Made by a program: the position numbers and the translations under genes
Shown: positions 12,823-26,334 of the stretch, piece by piece
How the letters are laid out: the number at the start of each line of letters is the position of its first letter
Position numbering within the stretch: the stretch's first letter is position 1
Assembly: GCA_050084515.1 (NCBI GenBank)
Contig: CM114271.1
Span: 20,026,001 to 20,090,000 of the forward strand
Reading direction: 5' to 3'
From: Blasia pusilla
Taxonomy: Eukaryota
Length of the DNA stretch: 64,000 nucleotides
Notes under the pieces: model-generated
Seen by the model: the letters and a program-made list of their open reading frames with translations, nothing else
Database searches by the model: none
Told to the model about the DNA's origin: nothing

Positions 12823-14968
12823 TATGGACTAAAACATGATTCCAAATTCTGTCTTTTGCAATCATCTTCACATCAAGCTTTTAAAGCACATTTTCTTTGA
12901 ATTCCCCACTAGATGATTTTATTTTTAGAAGGAATTGTGGATTTTCTTGGCCCACATTGCAACCACAATGCTATGAGGAAATGGATGGAAACCATATGCA
13001 TGTGCAAAGCGGAACAAAGAGAAGAGATATCGATAATAAAACCATTAATGTACTTCTGGATGTCCCGGGCAGCCCATGGGCCTTATGAACGACTTGTGAT
13101 GAAGAATTGTTGTGTAACCTTACGATCAAATTACACTTCAATCACTTATGCATTCTCTCACATTCGTGAGTTATCCTCATCCCAATAGGGAACATTCCTT
13201 CCCCAGGGTAAAAATCACTTTGAACTCTACATCAAACCTATGGCATTTCACGTTTAGGCAGGAAGACGGAAGACTGCATACTAAGATTATAAATTTCACC
13301 CATGATCTCTCAAGCTTTTGTTGCACCTCCACACCAAGATGAGACACTTGTGGAACGTAGGAGAGATATTAGGGGATCCTCTTGAATCAAGATCCTACAA
13401 GTTCCCCATTTTGCAATGGCTCGTTGAGATTGCTGCAACAAATTTTGGAAAGTCTTAAAACAACTAATGAGCGAGGAATTAGTGAAGCTAATCTTACCTC
13501 CACAAAAACAAAACTCTAATACATTAGACATAGTCGTAAACCTTGCTCCATCTACGACGCATGCTCGATGAGAATAGGGCGTGCCTTTTTGCAAATGTAA
13601 GGAGCAAGAGCATGAAGAGATGCTACAAGTGCCACAAGTCCCCAACACTAGTACTACTACAACCTCCTCCGCCAATTTAATGCATGTATCATCGATTCAT
13701 GCATTAAATCCTGGTAAGACTATCAACAATATCAAGTTCTTAAAATGAACTTGAATGAGCTCAAATCTACAAGGTCTCTCAATACTCATAAAGCCCTTGA
13801 GATAAACTTTTGGAAAGCTAGTCAAAGGCGTCTAACATTCAAACCATTCTTATCAAGTGAAACACACTTCTTTCAAGAAGAAAACCCTATTTAACCATGG
13901 AAAGTTGAAATTGTATTTCCCATAAGGGGCTCTAATCATGGAACATAAAGGTCATAGCATGCTGAAAAAATTCTTCAAGTAGATAGTTTTACTAAGTTAC
14001 TCATGTATGAAAATAACAATGAGAACCAAAAATCTACAACTCATTTTCCAACTTTTATCCGTTACAAAGGCATATCAAAAACCATTCCAAATAAACAAAA
14101 TGCCTTCCTTTAGAAAAAGGAAGAGCATGTTGATAATCAATGCCACGTCTTGAGAGGTAAGTGCCTTCAGGTAACGCTTCCTACTTTTTGGTCCCTACCA
14201 TATTGCAACGTCAAAGACGTTGCAATATGGTATGGGTGTCAAAGACGGGGTTGCTTTATGGCACCCGGATACTTCATTTGGACACCTGAACAGATGCTTT
14301 AAATTTGGACGAATCACTAACTAACCAACTAAACCTATGATTCCTATTTGGACAAACAAATAAATTATCACCCCAAATTTGATATATGTCTTCTGACGTT
14401 GACATATGTCACTTTAAAGAGACAATTAAATGAGGAAAGGAAAGAGGATCTCACGTTCTATAATTTTTTAAAGTTTGAATATCACCAAAACGCACTAGTC
14501 TAGTATCACTAAAAATGCCCTATATTTTCCAAATTCATCGATATAATTAAAAAATGATGGGATTATAGGAGGTGTGACTATAAAAGAATGTCACACCTCC
14601 TATAATCCCATCAGCAGTTAAAAACGGAAGCATTCTAAATTTTGAATATCAAACTAGTCTATATTACTAAGAGTACCCTGCTTTTTTCAAATACTTTTCT
14701 TCATATTATCTATCAATAAGGTTTTCAAATGCTAATTTTGTGTTTTTATCGTTTAATTAATTGCCATTTCCAGAGATAATTTGAATTCATCCTTCCATGA
14801 TTTAGAAGATATGAAAGGGAACTCTGTATAGGCGAACCCCTCTAGCCCATGGACTCGTCGGTCTCCGTCCGCGCCAGTTACGTGAGCTTTTCGGTGGCTG
14901 CGCAATTTCACAATGCCCGCGGGCAGGTGATGCGGGATCGAGAGAACCGCGCGATGCAGAGGATGGGT

Positions 14969-15059
14969 TGATGCCAGAAATGCGTAATTCTGAGGGGGTT
15001 GATGCCAGAAATGCGTAGTTCTGAGGGAGTAGATGCCAGAAATGCGTAGTTCTGAGGGG
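14969..15059. repeat. Three tandem copies of ~31 bp GATGCCAGAAATGCGTARTTCTGAGGG
   Basis: Direct reading of the sequence. Confidence 0.92.
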
Positions 15060-15871
15060 TATTAACGGGGCTGGGGAGTGGACAGAGACGACTCAGATAA
15101 TTTCAGTAGTACCATATTGCGGCTGAGAGCATCAGGAGTGTGCAGGTCGATGTTTCTCACATGGTGAGCCATGGTGTGAGAAACACCGACCTGCACACTC
15201 CCGAAGCGAATGAGAACGACACGGATCACTACTAGAAATACGTGCAGTGATACGGAACATTTTGAAGGACGAATGACAGCGCTTTGACAGTGGACCAAGA
15301 CGATGGCGAGAACTCGTTTGCGCACGGGCGGAAATGCAAAGACGATTCGACGAGCACTCATTTGCCGCGAGATATTGATTCCGCTTGACCAACCAGAGCC
15401 AGAAATGGGCTGCAGAAGAAACTTTATTGAATAGCCACTTACAAAGGGCTGCTTACTGGCAGGCAAGCTGGCTGAACAATGAGCAAATTAGCCCATGTTG
15501 GCCCGAGGCCTACGCTTCTTATTTCCTGTGCGCTGCATGAATGCTGTGCTGTAGTTAGGAGCTCGACAACTGCAGTTAGTAAACCCGTACGTACTGATCA
15601 TGGACGTAAGTCCAGATTGTACAACAACCTGGCTGAAGGTGTGGAAGCCCAGATGGCTTGGAACCACACCCTCCTCAACCGGCTCAAACTCCGAGCCATG
15701 AATTTCCTCGAGCCATGGACAAACTTTCCTGTAGTATACAAATTTCGTAGGCAACACAGATGAATTGTCACCAAGAGTCGAAGGATTCTTCTCTTGGGAG
15801 GGAAGGGTCAGTCAAAATCACGGACAGGCCACCTTAGGAGACCTATATCAGGACAAGCGTATGAGAATCAG

Positions 15872-18800
15872 TTAGCTCATGGGCGACACTTCGGCGGCAG
15901 AGCTTGAAGGAGGGGTCTGAGGATGTGGTGAATCTTCGCCTATACCGAACTCCTCCCACATCGCGTTCGAAGCTTTTCCATCACGTCAAGGTGGACGCCG
16001 CAAGCTTACTCCAGCTCAAGAAACATGAAGCGAACTAGCTACAAACGCTACGGCAGGGACAAAAACAACTATGGGAAGGGTAAACATAGCCACGCCCACA
16101 AAAACATTCAATCATTAGAAACTACACTAAACAGGAGAAAGGATACGATCGCTCCTCCACATGTCAGTTATCCCCACACCGGCATCCGATAGCAGCCAGT
16201 AGTCGGTGTCCGTCTACAAAACATCCCAAGGGAGCAATAGTCAGGAGCTTCTACGTTTGATGGCGGTTCCACTAGAAGATTGATCAAAAAGCAGACCACC
16301 ATGAAGACCCAAAACGGATGGTCGCTCGGCGAACTTACATTCACTTCGGCTGGCATTATTCTCATAATCCCACCAACAAAATCGTGAGGACTCGCGGGTT
16401 CCGAACTTGGCGAAGGTGCCTCTTGCTGATTCCCAGACCCCAGGTCTGATAAACGCTGGACATCGGATTGCAATCCGCCAGGAGCCTGGGTAGAAACGCC
16501 AGACTGACTCTGATTCGCCTCTGGCTGAATCATCTCCATTGGCAGCTCCGTGTTCATTTCCTCGAACTTCTCTTCGAATCGACTGCGACAAGGGGTAAAT
16601 CCAAATCAAGTTAACAAACTTCCGTAAGAGACGCTCAGGAGAAGGAGAAAAACACCGTTCCAGGACGGTGCAAGCAGACCAGAGGACAGGAAAGACCTTT
16701 GGAGGACGAAGAGGATCACTTCAGTGGGTGAGGCAAAATTCTCACTACATAACTAACCTCACAAGATAAACATCGATGGGACCCATGGTGCTTCGGAGCA
16801 GAATTTGATATCGCCTTTGGGGATACTCCACAGCCTGCGATAAATCAATGTCAGCTTCCACTCCAACCCTGTGATGTAGACAGCACTTTTCAACCGACGG
16901 AACTCAACACAGCGTATTGAAACGTAAAATGGTAGCCGGAATACGAGGACAAACAGTGAAAGGCGGCGTTATACCTCATCGGGATCAGGAACTTCCAGAG
17001 TTGTACCGTGTGGTGCTTTGATCGCAATCAGAGTCTCGTTCTGTGAAACGACGGTGGTCATGACTCTTCATTTACTCATTTTACCACTTACACACCCCAC
17101 TATGGCACGCTTCAGGAGATTGCGAAGAAAAACTAGGGATCAATGCATGGACGTGCACGCACACAAACAAATGGCGGGTCGAATGGATTTTCCTTCGCCC
17201 GATTTGGCTAGACATAGTAAAATCGTTTATCTAGAAATGACGGACGTGTTCCTGTACGAGGGAGTAAACACTTACGCGGATATTTGAGACTCACCTGAAA
17301 ACATGGCAAACTTTTGATATCATCTTCGGTGACATACAGCCATCTTCAATTGTTCGAAGTTAAGGTTTCAAAGACACTCCATAGGAGAGAACTGAAAACC
17401 CGATACCATATCACTAACGACAGTGGGAAGGAGAAAAGAAAAGCAACAGCTTGATTTAGGGAAAAACTGGCTTCGTAGGATACTGCTTGTTATTCTCATC
17501 TTCACTTAGGATCCGCAATCGCTCTCTCATATCCCTGCAAGACCCAACGTTGCAATCAATCCCCGATCCATTCCATGAAACCGAACCCTCCCAAAGAGTT
17601 CTCAATCTAAATCGGTTTTGACCTAGCGGACAGGTTTGACCCAGGAGGAACGCATTGGATCCATGTTGGGATACACCAGCTGTGGCCATATCCCCGTCCA
17701 CAGGTTTACTCCAAGAACTCTCATATCAATTACATATACTCAGAGAGGGACGACATATCTCCTCTCAAGACCCACAACCAGCTTATTGTACCGTAAGGTA
17801 CCTCTTATGCAGGATTTTAAAATGTACCTTATGTTTTCATCTAGTCGACGCTCTTCCAACTGCAAGTCCTCAACCTCACCCTGCCAAATTCTAAATCATC
17901 AGCATGTTGATCTCGTTTTCTGTTGACATGATGCTCTGTGTATAGGTTAGGTATGAACCAGAAGCGCTAGACAAGTCCATGACGACCCATGAATGATCTC
18001 CAACGACCATATTGGGAACATTAACCCTAGTTTTATTCAACAGGCACGTTCGCTTTGAATTTTATTTCACTATTGTAATGCAAACAGCGAAAATAGGAAT
18101 ACGAGCTGACAAGCCTACGATAACAGCCCAATACCTGGAGTGCGTTCACGTCATCTTTCCCTTCACCGGGCCTGGAGACACCGAGTCCTCTGCAACACGC
18201 ACAAATCGGGCCATTACTTCACAAGCTTGACCTAGTTAACGCAGGAGCTCAACTGGTGCAAACAACTGGCACAATCATCTGTAGGATCTGCAAAGTTACT
18301 CACTTCCAACGGATGCGGTTCTTAAGCTTCTTCTCTATCAACCCGATTCCTTCAAGCACATTTGTGATGTCATATATTCGTCGCTTTTGTACCTGTAACA
18401 TCAAAATTTTGTTCGACTCAGTGAGGAGAGACTTCACAGTGTGGTCAAGTCTCTGGCGACAGGGAAAACCCAACAACTCCAGACATGTGATATTTATCCC
18501 AGATTCAATATCTACTTGACGGCGATTTTGAGCTACTACATGAGGATTGGATGTGAGAGAGGCCGTCCACCCACACGTAATGTATCGGCAGCCTTGTTAA
18601 GATCCAGGACCCCATCTTCAGCTTGTTTAATGAGGTCTATGAACTTTTTTGTCAGCAGCCCTGTTTCAGAAAAACGTTTGCTAGCGTAAATTCAAAGCAA
18701 CGGACAAACACCAAATCTGAGTAATTTAAGATTCGCGAATGCTTCATCAATTTTGCAAAGGTTGACTGACATCATACCAAGAGAACTGTCGTATCGGCAA

Positions 18801-20586
18801 GTACTATTAGGTGTTGGTGCATTGCTCATAGGAGATCCTGTAGAACATAAACAAAATTGTAACATAAGATCGCTTAAGATAAGAAGCATGAACCTCTTTC
18901 AGCGCGCACACTAGAAGATCCTAGGCAACCCACATATTCGGAGACCTGGAAGCTGCTGGCAGCACATACCCCATCCAGTTGGAAAAGGAGATGTACTTCC
19001 TGACTGATGATGTTTGACTGGGTTTACCTACACCTGCAGGCCCTGGAGTGTGTGGGACATTCTTCAACTGCCTTCCTAGCTTGGCACGGCTTCCTCGTTT
19101 ACCACCAGGCCCAGGTGTGGGAATGGGACTCGCGTCAGCTCCTGCGAAACCGTTGCCCGATGACCAGCCGTTCATCTCCATATCCTGGTCTTCATCATTT
19201 ACAGGTTTTCGCCTTGCCTGTTTAATAAATGTCAGCCAACGAGTTCAGTCACTAAAAAGGTAATGACCCATTTCAGTCGTGTATCCATTCACCCGCCAAA
19301 AAATAGAAGAGAGGAATGATATGCTTTCAATATTAGACGACCTCACCACGGCACACTCTGATAACAGGCTACTCAGGAGTTGTGTCCCCTCCCGATGGGA
19401 GACTCAAAGACAGGGAACTTCATGAGCTACAGATTCCACATTACGAACTCGTCATGCTGAGTCATGTTTCATACTCATAACAATCAATACTTTGACACGG
19501 AGATGAAAACCAATTCAAACAAAATGACTCGTGATAACCCCTAACACACCCATCCAAGCTCACAATCCGACATGTGGGGTGGAAGCAGGAGAAAACGGGA
19601 TTCAGATTTCCATGAGCAACTAACCTTCACATGCTGCATGTATGCAGAAGCGTTTACTTGATGGCGGACAGATTCCTGGACGCGAAGGGAACAATGTCAG
19701 GTCAAGGAGGGTCTTCAGGACAGCGATGCAACGCAAACAAGTTGCCCCAAGAACCAATGAGACGATGAGCAAATTGATCACTAGGTCATGAATGTCTGAT
19801 GTGTAGATGCCAAACGAGGGTATTGTTGCAGACTATCGGGCGACACATTTCTCTAGCAATGAGCAAGTCGACCATCTGCTCTCAAAAGTGAAAGCGCGTA
19901 GCATAGTTCACACTTCGGGCACAGCCCATGGCGGGAAGCCTTGCAACAGATTCTAAGAATAGGATTAGTGATCAAAAGGGAAGCAGAATTACTTTCCACG
20001 CGTTATCCATACCCACGAGGGAAAGGCAATCTCGACGATCAGAACAGAGCACCATGAAATGATACAATTCCTTTTCCCAATTTACATAGACGGTTTGAGC
20101 AGTGGCTTTGAGAGATAACCCACTTCGAAAGTATACGATAAGGAAAAAATACAATTATAAGCTTTATGGCAAAGCCACCGAGGACGTATTACACAAGTTT
20201 ATGCTATTCCAGAGTTTAAGACGCAAACAGTTACCCAGGGTTCGTATCAAACTAGAAGCTAACACTCAACACACCCAATCATGGAGATGCTGAAGATTTC
20301 GTACCGAGAACCTGTCGATAGATATATCGGAATGAGAAAGGCTTGTGCTTGCACCATGATTGTCAAGTGCAGCTCCTGCTTCTCGGGAACGATGATCGTC
20401 TTCAGGTAAAACGAAGGCTGTGTGGGATGATGGATGAGTCACTGACTGTTGATCCGGCTGTAGTGAGTTGGTTCCATGTTTAACGCGGAATCCAGACCTA
20501 GTTGCAGGGTTACTCCGCCTCAATGGCATAGAGTTCCTTATCGTATTTTGGAAACCTTTCCCATCCCTGGCTACTATATCTACCAT
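15872..20586 (-). CDS. E2F: E2F transcription factor (canonical E2F with Rb-binding motif), 14 coding exons, ~489 aa
   Basis: Spliced by hand with GT-AG introns and consistent phases: 20586-20305, 19217-19028, 18837-18778, 18660-18575, 18392-18304, 18189-18135, 17880-17828, 17534-17484, 17343-17295, 17040-16975, 16834-16758, 16582-16339, 16213-16147, 15972-15872. Encodes the DNA-binding domain [14 protein letters not shown]...[21 protein letters not shown], the marked box [10 protein letters not shown]...[16 protein letters not shown], and the Rb-binding motif [15 protein letters not shown]. The first exon and start codon are the least certain. Confidence 0.93.
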
Positions 20587-22037
20587 ATCGACAAATCACT
20601 TAGATGACAGCTTCTTCGGAAGATGAAATATTGATCGACGGACACGGAAAATGGTCTAATCCGGCCCTTTCCTTGGATAATAAGAGGCCAACCAGAGTAC
20701 TCTCTCTAAGGCCTCATTCACTCAGTCGGCATTAGAAGGAAATTGCCCTAAATCCCACAGTGATCTCCACGGGAAAAGTCGCTCCGAGTTGGTCAGCACG
20801 AAGGCCCTTACTGGATACTCCAACTGCTCAGTACTCTCTGTTATAGAGATGCCGATTCCATGGCCCGATGAAAAGCATGCGCAGAGAAGACTCCCATCAC
20901 TTCACGGAGATCCAATTCGCAAAGTGGAGCTTCGTCTCTACTCTTTGCATCGATCTCACAGAACTCAGACGACCCGTCCAATCGACCAGCCAAGAGACAG
21001 TCGCTATCAGCACATTGCCGCCCTAATTCAGACACAAGCACTTTAAGGTGCAGTAAGCAATGATGCGCCAGACTGGGAAGATCGTCAGGGGGATGCCTCC
21101 CAGCACCCCTCACATGTCGAAGGGGGTTTCCGCGCACTATCCCTCTTATACCTCCGACTAAGGCAAGATTTATCTATCCCACTGAATCACTGCCTTCGTC
21201 CCGAAGAGACGAGGTACAGCAAGTTTCCCCCGCCGACTTAGATTACCAGCCCATGGACTGGCACCATCACATAAGCATACGGATGGGTCACGCCCGCCGC
21301 AACCACTGCCCAGCATGAAAGTTAAACGGCAGCATTTGTAGTCCGGCCTTACGCACGAACAGCCACAAACATTAAGAGGTCCGTCCTCGACAACGAGCGA
21401 TAATGGACAGCAAGCGGGGAGCTAAGGGACATCAATTGAGAATTCACAAGTTCAGCAAGAATGGCTCCTAGAATAGAATTGCCCTACAACGAACGCCTCC
21501 CGACTGTCACCGCTCTTTCGTGCGGCAAAAGCACTCTCTCAGCCGACACTGCTCTGGAGAGTGGTAGCAAAGCTCGAATGGATGAGGAGACCGGCAGGGC
21601 GGGGTCGGAGGGCAGGAACGATTTCCAGGGCAACGACCGTTAAGTCGAAAGAATCGGAACAATGTTCACAGAAGAAGCGGGGCGGAGAGTGAGAAAGAAA
21701 GACAATTGGACGAAGGTATACCACAGATGAACGACCAGCGAAGACTTCTCAGGGGGTACGCCTATAGAACCAGAGGATGATAGATGTAAGGGGGAGAATG
21801 AAGTTGGTGAGAAAGAGTGAGAGACGAAAGAGAGGAGAAGACCAGGAAAGGGCAGGGTAGGCTGCGTCTGTGAAGGGCAAGAATGAATTAGGACACAGGA
21901 GATACAGGAATATGAAGAAAGAACCTCCAGCGGCCCGCAAATGAGGCCTGGTTAAGGAATTTACAGGTCAATGGCTACAAGCAGTCAGGCTCACAGAAAG
22001 GGAGGGAAAAAAACTACCCGCACCTCACTAAACTCGA

Positions 22038-22041
<4 letters not shown>

Positions 22042-22080
<39 letters not shown>
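22042..22080. repeat. (CT)n microsatellite
   Basis: Pure CT run. Confidence 0.95.
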
Positions 22081-22082
<2 letters not shown>

Positions 22083-23018
22083 GGGAATAAGACAGTAAAA
22101 GAACTAAATCAACCTCAAGAAGCCTCCCCTTGCGGAGCCTCGGGCTCACTCATTCTTCTTTCATCTCTCTCGCATACGGCACGCCTGCGGTCTCAACTCA
22201 TCGGCCCACTTTCCTTCCCTCCTTCCGCCACTAAACCTTCAAGAACTTCTCCAATCTCAAACCTAAACGTTGATCTTCTTCTCTCCACACACCACCTTTC
22301 CCACCACCATCTCTCTTCCTCCTTCGGTGCCTGTCGCCCTGCCCGCTCAGACCGCAACCACAATCGGGCTCCGTGCGCTTTCGAGCTCGGGTGCTTCCAT
22401 AACCGGCATCCGCAGCGACCTCATTTCAGCGCTTGCGCTGCAGCACCAGAAGCATCAGAGCATACGTGAGGTGAGGCGTTCGAGCTCGCACGAAGAGAAT
22501 AGGCTCATGGGGATGGAGGGAGGTGGAGGGAGAGGGGGGGAGAGAGAGAGAGAGAGAGAGGGGAAGGGGAAGGGGAAGGGGGAAGACGGGAGGCGAAGGA
22601 GGGAAGGGTTTGAATGCGCTCTCGCGCCTCTTCTTCCCTGCGCGCCAAAGCCTGCAACCACATCATCGACACCAGTTTCCACGTCAACCTGTATCGTTTC
22701 CAGGTAGGCCAACCCTGGGAAACTTGTGGCTCGGACAGTCGCTCTGCCAATGGAGATCCGCGCCGTGTCCACGTGGAGGAAATGTGAGCGGGTTCGTGTC
22801 CGCGGAGAACAACAATGAAGTCCATTCGTGCCGGAGCCAGTAGCACAGTGTTCGCGATACGAGCCGGCGCCTTTCTCGGCCATGGCCAAGTTATGGAACA
22901 TTATTCCGCCCATCTTCGTGGGAACGCCCTAAAGGCTCGTGTATGAGGCACTCCGCTTACTTATCGACTGGACTGATTGCGACACGCGAACTCCACGCCG
23001 GGAATTCCTGGAGGGCTC

Positions 23019-23032
23019 TTTTCGCGCGAAAA
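23019..23032. promoter_or_regulatory. Palindromic E2F/DP binding site TTTTCGCGCGAAAA upstream of the E2F gene
   Basis: Matches the TTTSSCGC consensus on both strands. Lies in a GC-rich region about 2.4 kb upstream of the predicted E2F ATG. Confidence 0.55.
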
Positions 23033-25702
23033 ATATATGTCGCTCTCTCATGTGACCGGAGGGAGGGGGTGGGGGGTCTTGGAGCCGCGATCAACACAGC
23101 CATCTCAGCGGGCGCAAGTGGTCCGGCGGGCGATGCTTCCCGGCACCTCACGCCGGCGGATTCATCCACGGGCGCCCAGCGTCCCGCGCTTTTTCTACAC
23201 CACTAGCGCTCAAGCGCTGGACAGATGGACGCTGCTCTGCCTGCCACACAGGCCTGACCGTCAGCTCGGATCTCTGTCCGCCAACGACAGATCCGTCCGA
23301 TCCGCGCACCAGGAACAAGTCACAGCCGGCCGATCAGACAAGATAGACTTCCACCACCGGCTATCTTTCCCCCTCCTCCTCTTCCACAGAGTCCGCACGG
23401 TCCCTGTGAACCCCCGCTACTTTAGATAGTTCCGGTTACTTCCGCTCCGTCCCTACCTCTCTCCCTCCCTCCTTCCTCCAATCCAAACGTGCCACCACTG
23501 CCTTTCATGACTCACGCATTGGTCGGTGAATTCCACCCAGTTTACATTAATGATTTCATCAATCAATCAAATGCCTTCCCAAATACACCCCATGTTCGTT
23601 CTGCCCTACTTTTCCCTATTTTATTTCCTTCTTATGGAAGCTCCTCATTTTTATTAATAACAATTACCAACTAAAACCTCCTATAAATATGCGTGTGTCC
23701 GAAGACGAGGAGCTCCATGGCAGTGATGGCACCACACTCCCCATCCCCTCCCATCCCATCCCATCCCATCCCATCCATCCATCACCAATCACCATACGTA
23801 CAGAGCCGGTAATACCCACTCCGGCATTCTTCGGACAACGCAAACAAACCGGGAGTTACGGACGGACGGACGGACTATCGACTTAAGTAAGCACCGTGAA
23901 TATGAGGTAAGTTCCCGTCCGGAGCGGGACGCATGTCCGTTGGTCCGCTGCCACTGAACGAGAACGCGGTCCCGAACGGGCAGCCATGAAAGAAGAACTT
24001 ACGCAGGTGCCCTCCAATGGGAAGGCAGGAAAGACAAACTTACGTAGTGTCCCAGATGGACGTATGAGGGTCCAGCATGCCGGGAAAGATGGATGCGCAT
24101 CCCATCTGTCCACTAATGCAGAACTGACCTAGTAGAGTCCGAGGGGAACGTACGAGTGTTGTTGAACATGTGGGGGAAGAAGACGTAGGACAAAACTCAG
24201 AGGGGAGGATTTGCTTCGTATTTTATGTACCCGCCAAGAAAGATGTACATAGGCTATGGTAGGACCGTGGAGGGTAGGCTGGTGCGATGAGAAAGAAGGA
24301 TTCCTCGTTTTGTTTTCTTTACACAACAAATACGGAGATCAGAGCCAATGGGAGACCGGCACAACGTGGTTGTTAGTTCTTAGGAGGAAAATATTTAAAT
24401 TTTCATTTAGAACAAAAAAAACCTCTAAGGAGTGAGGTAATAAAAGTGATTATTTATTTCATACCCCATCAAGACAGATGTGCTTAGGGTAGGATTAGAC
24501 TTGGAAGGTAGTATGGTGCTATGTTTCTTTTCTCTTCACACCATGTTGAATATAAGGCCAATGGGAGAAGAGCTTTAAATTGGTTGTGAGTTCTTAGAAG
24601 AAAATCCTTATGAGGCCCTTTAAGAGGGGTGGGGGAAAAAGTCATTATTAAACGTGTGGAGGACATGTGGATCAGGGTCTGGGGAGTTTTTTCGTGACAA
24701 CCGGTACATTTCCGGTCTCTACAAACCCGAGCGGCAATTTTCAAAGTTTTCTTCATTCCAGCCGGCAAAGACAGATCTGAATCGAAGGACACCCTCCTCG
24801 AGCCCTCGGTTTTTTGAATCAGCGGCGACCTGATTTGGCAATTCTCAAATTCTACCGGCCAGCTCAACATGTAACGCAGGTTCTCCTCGGACGTTGATGT
24901 GGATAGCTTAGATGGAGAGGGGAAAAAATGGGGAGTCCCAACAGGGGCCGTGACAAATCTAAGGCCCTTTAAGAGGGGGGGAAGAAACCAACGTGCAACC
25001 TTCAATTCATGGACGAAGAAGACGAGTTAGGTACATTGGAGCATAGATGCTGCGACTCGGGTTGCTGAGATAATGTCTTCCAAAGTACTAGTTGGAATTG
25101 TATATGTGTAGAAATATTTTTGAAAAAAATATTGAGCCATTTAGTATGTATGTACTTAAATGGTAAAAGCTGAAGCGCACATGACGTGGTATTAACGATA
25201 GTGTGGATCTGCCCCACGAGTAAATCGCACACGTTAAGAAGAGTCCAATGTATGCTATTGCATTTGACTCTTCTTATCCTGCAATTTACTCATGCACCTC
25301 ACAAAATGAAGTGTGTGACATGGCAATGCATGAAACAAACGGTAGTGGAGCGAAGTAGGAAGCTCCTCAAAACTTGAGCATACGAAGTTTGTTTCAAAGA
25401 GGTCTAGCTAAAAGTATGGTATTAATATCATCGTAGAAGACACTCAATGATGGAAGCTTGGAAAGCAAGCTTGGTTTATTCTCAATGTAACCCTTAATGT
25501 TTCTTGAGAAGTCTCCAAAGTAACCCCTACCATCCTTTAATTTCTAATTTACATCATCTAGTCTAGATGTGCTAACCCAATTCCCTTCTTCTGAGTTGTC
25601 CTGCTAATCCACATCGTCATACAACATACATCGCTGACATACCATACTCACATACATACATAACATAGACGAGAGCATCCACAAACACAAGTGTACCACA
25701 AC

Positions 25703-26070
25703 TGAAATCCGTGAAAGACCTGCTGTCATAAAACACGTATAGAATCACATACAATCGAGCCAAACCCACTCCACGATAGGAGAATCCATGTCGAAGCTTG
25801 CGGGAATCACCATAGCCAAGAGCTCTACTCACTACCAAGGCTAACTCCCAACGCAACAGGCTCAACTCAAAGAACTAACTGTTCTTTGAGTGCACTCCAC
25901 AATATATCCTCCAACCTAAGAGCGGGCCCTACTGGAAAAGTCACCCTCAACATAGTAACCCCCAACCCTATGTATGAAACCGCATCTCTACCTATACACT
26001 ACGGCCCTACATAAGGTATGGCCTCTACTAGCACACTATACTCTACGACATAATCCGTATGGTCATGACA
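25703..26070 (-). repeat. Terminal repeat A2 of copy 1 (LTR-like, TG...CA, ~368 bp)
   Basis: Near-identical to 37126-37492. Starts TGTCATGA on the minus strand. Confidence 0.93.
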
Positions 26071-26334
26071 GTTGTCGTGTGAATCCACATCGTTGACATA
26101 CCATACTCACATACATACATAACATAGACGAGAGCATCCACAAACACAAGAGTACCACAACTCGCCCCCCTAACTGGCGGTTAGTTCCCTCTAACTCCTA
26201 GGTAGCCCTATACATCTACTACATGCTATACACCTTCGTGGGTGCACGAATTAGAAGGCCGGGTGCTAGGTTGCCCCATCGTTAGTCGCACATCTGTAAT
26301 CCATATCATGCAAAGATCAAGTCATCTACCTCTC

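Noticed and set aside
12900-14170. Possible decayed coding sequence
   Set aside because: Fragments look vaguely protein-like but no family could be recognised.
15062-15763. ORFs downstream of the E2F stop as extra exons
   Set aside because: The E2F frame closes at TAA 15872 with a typical QTPPS C-terminus. This region is probably 3' UTR.
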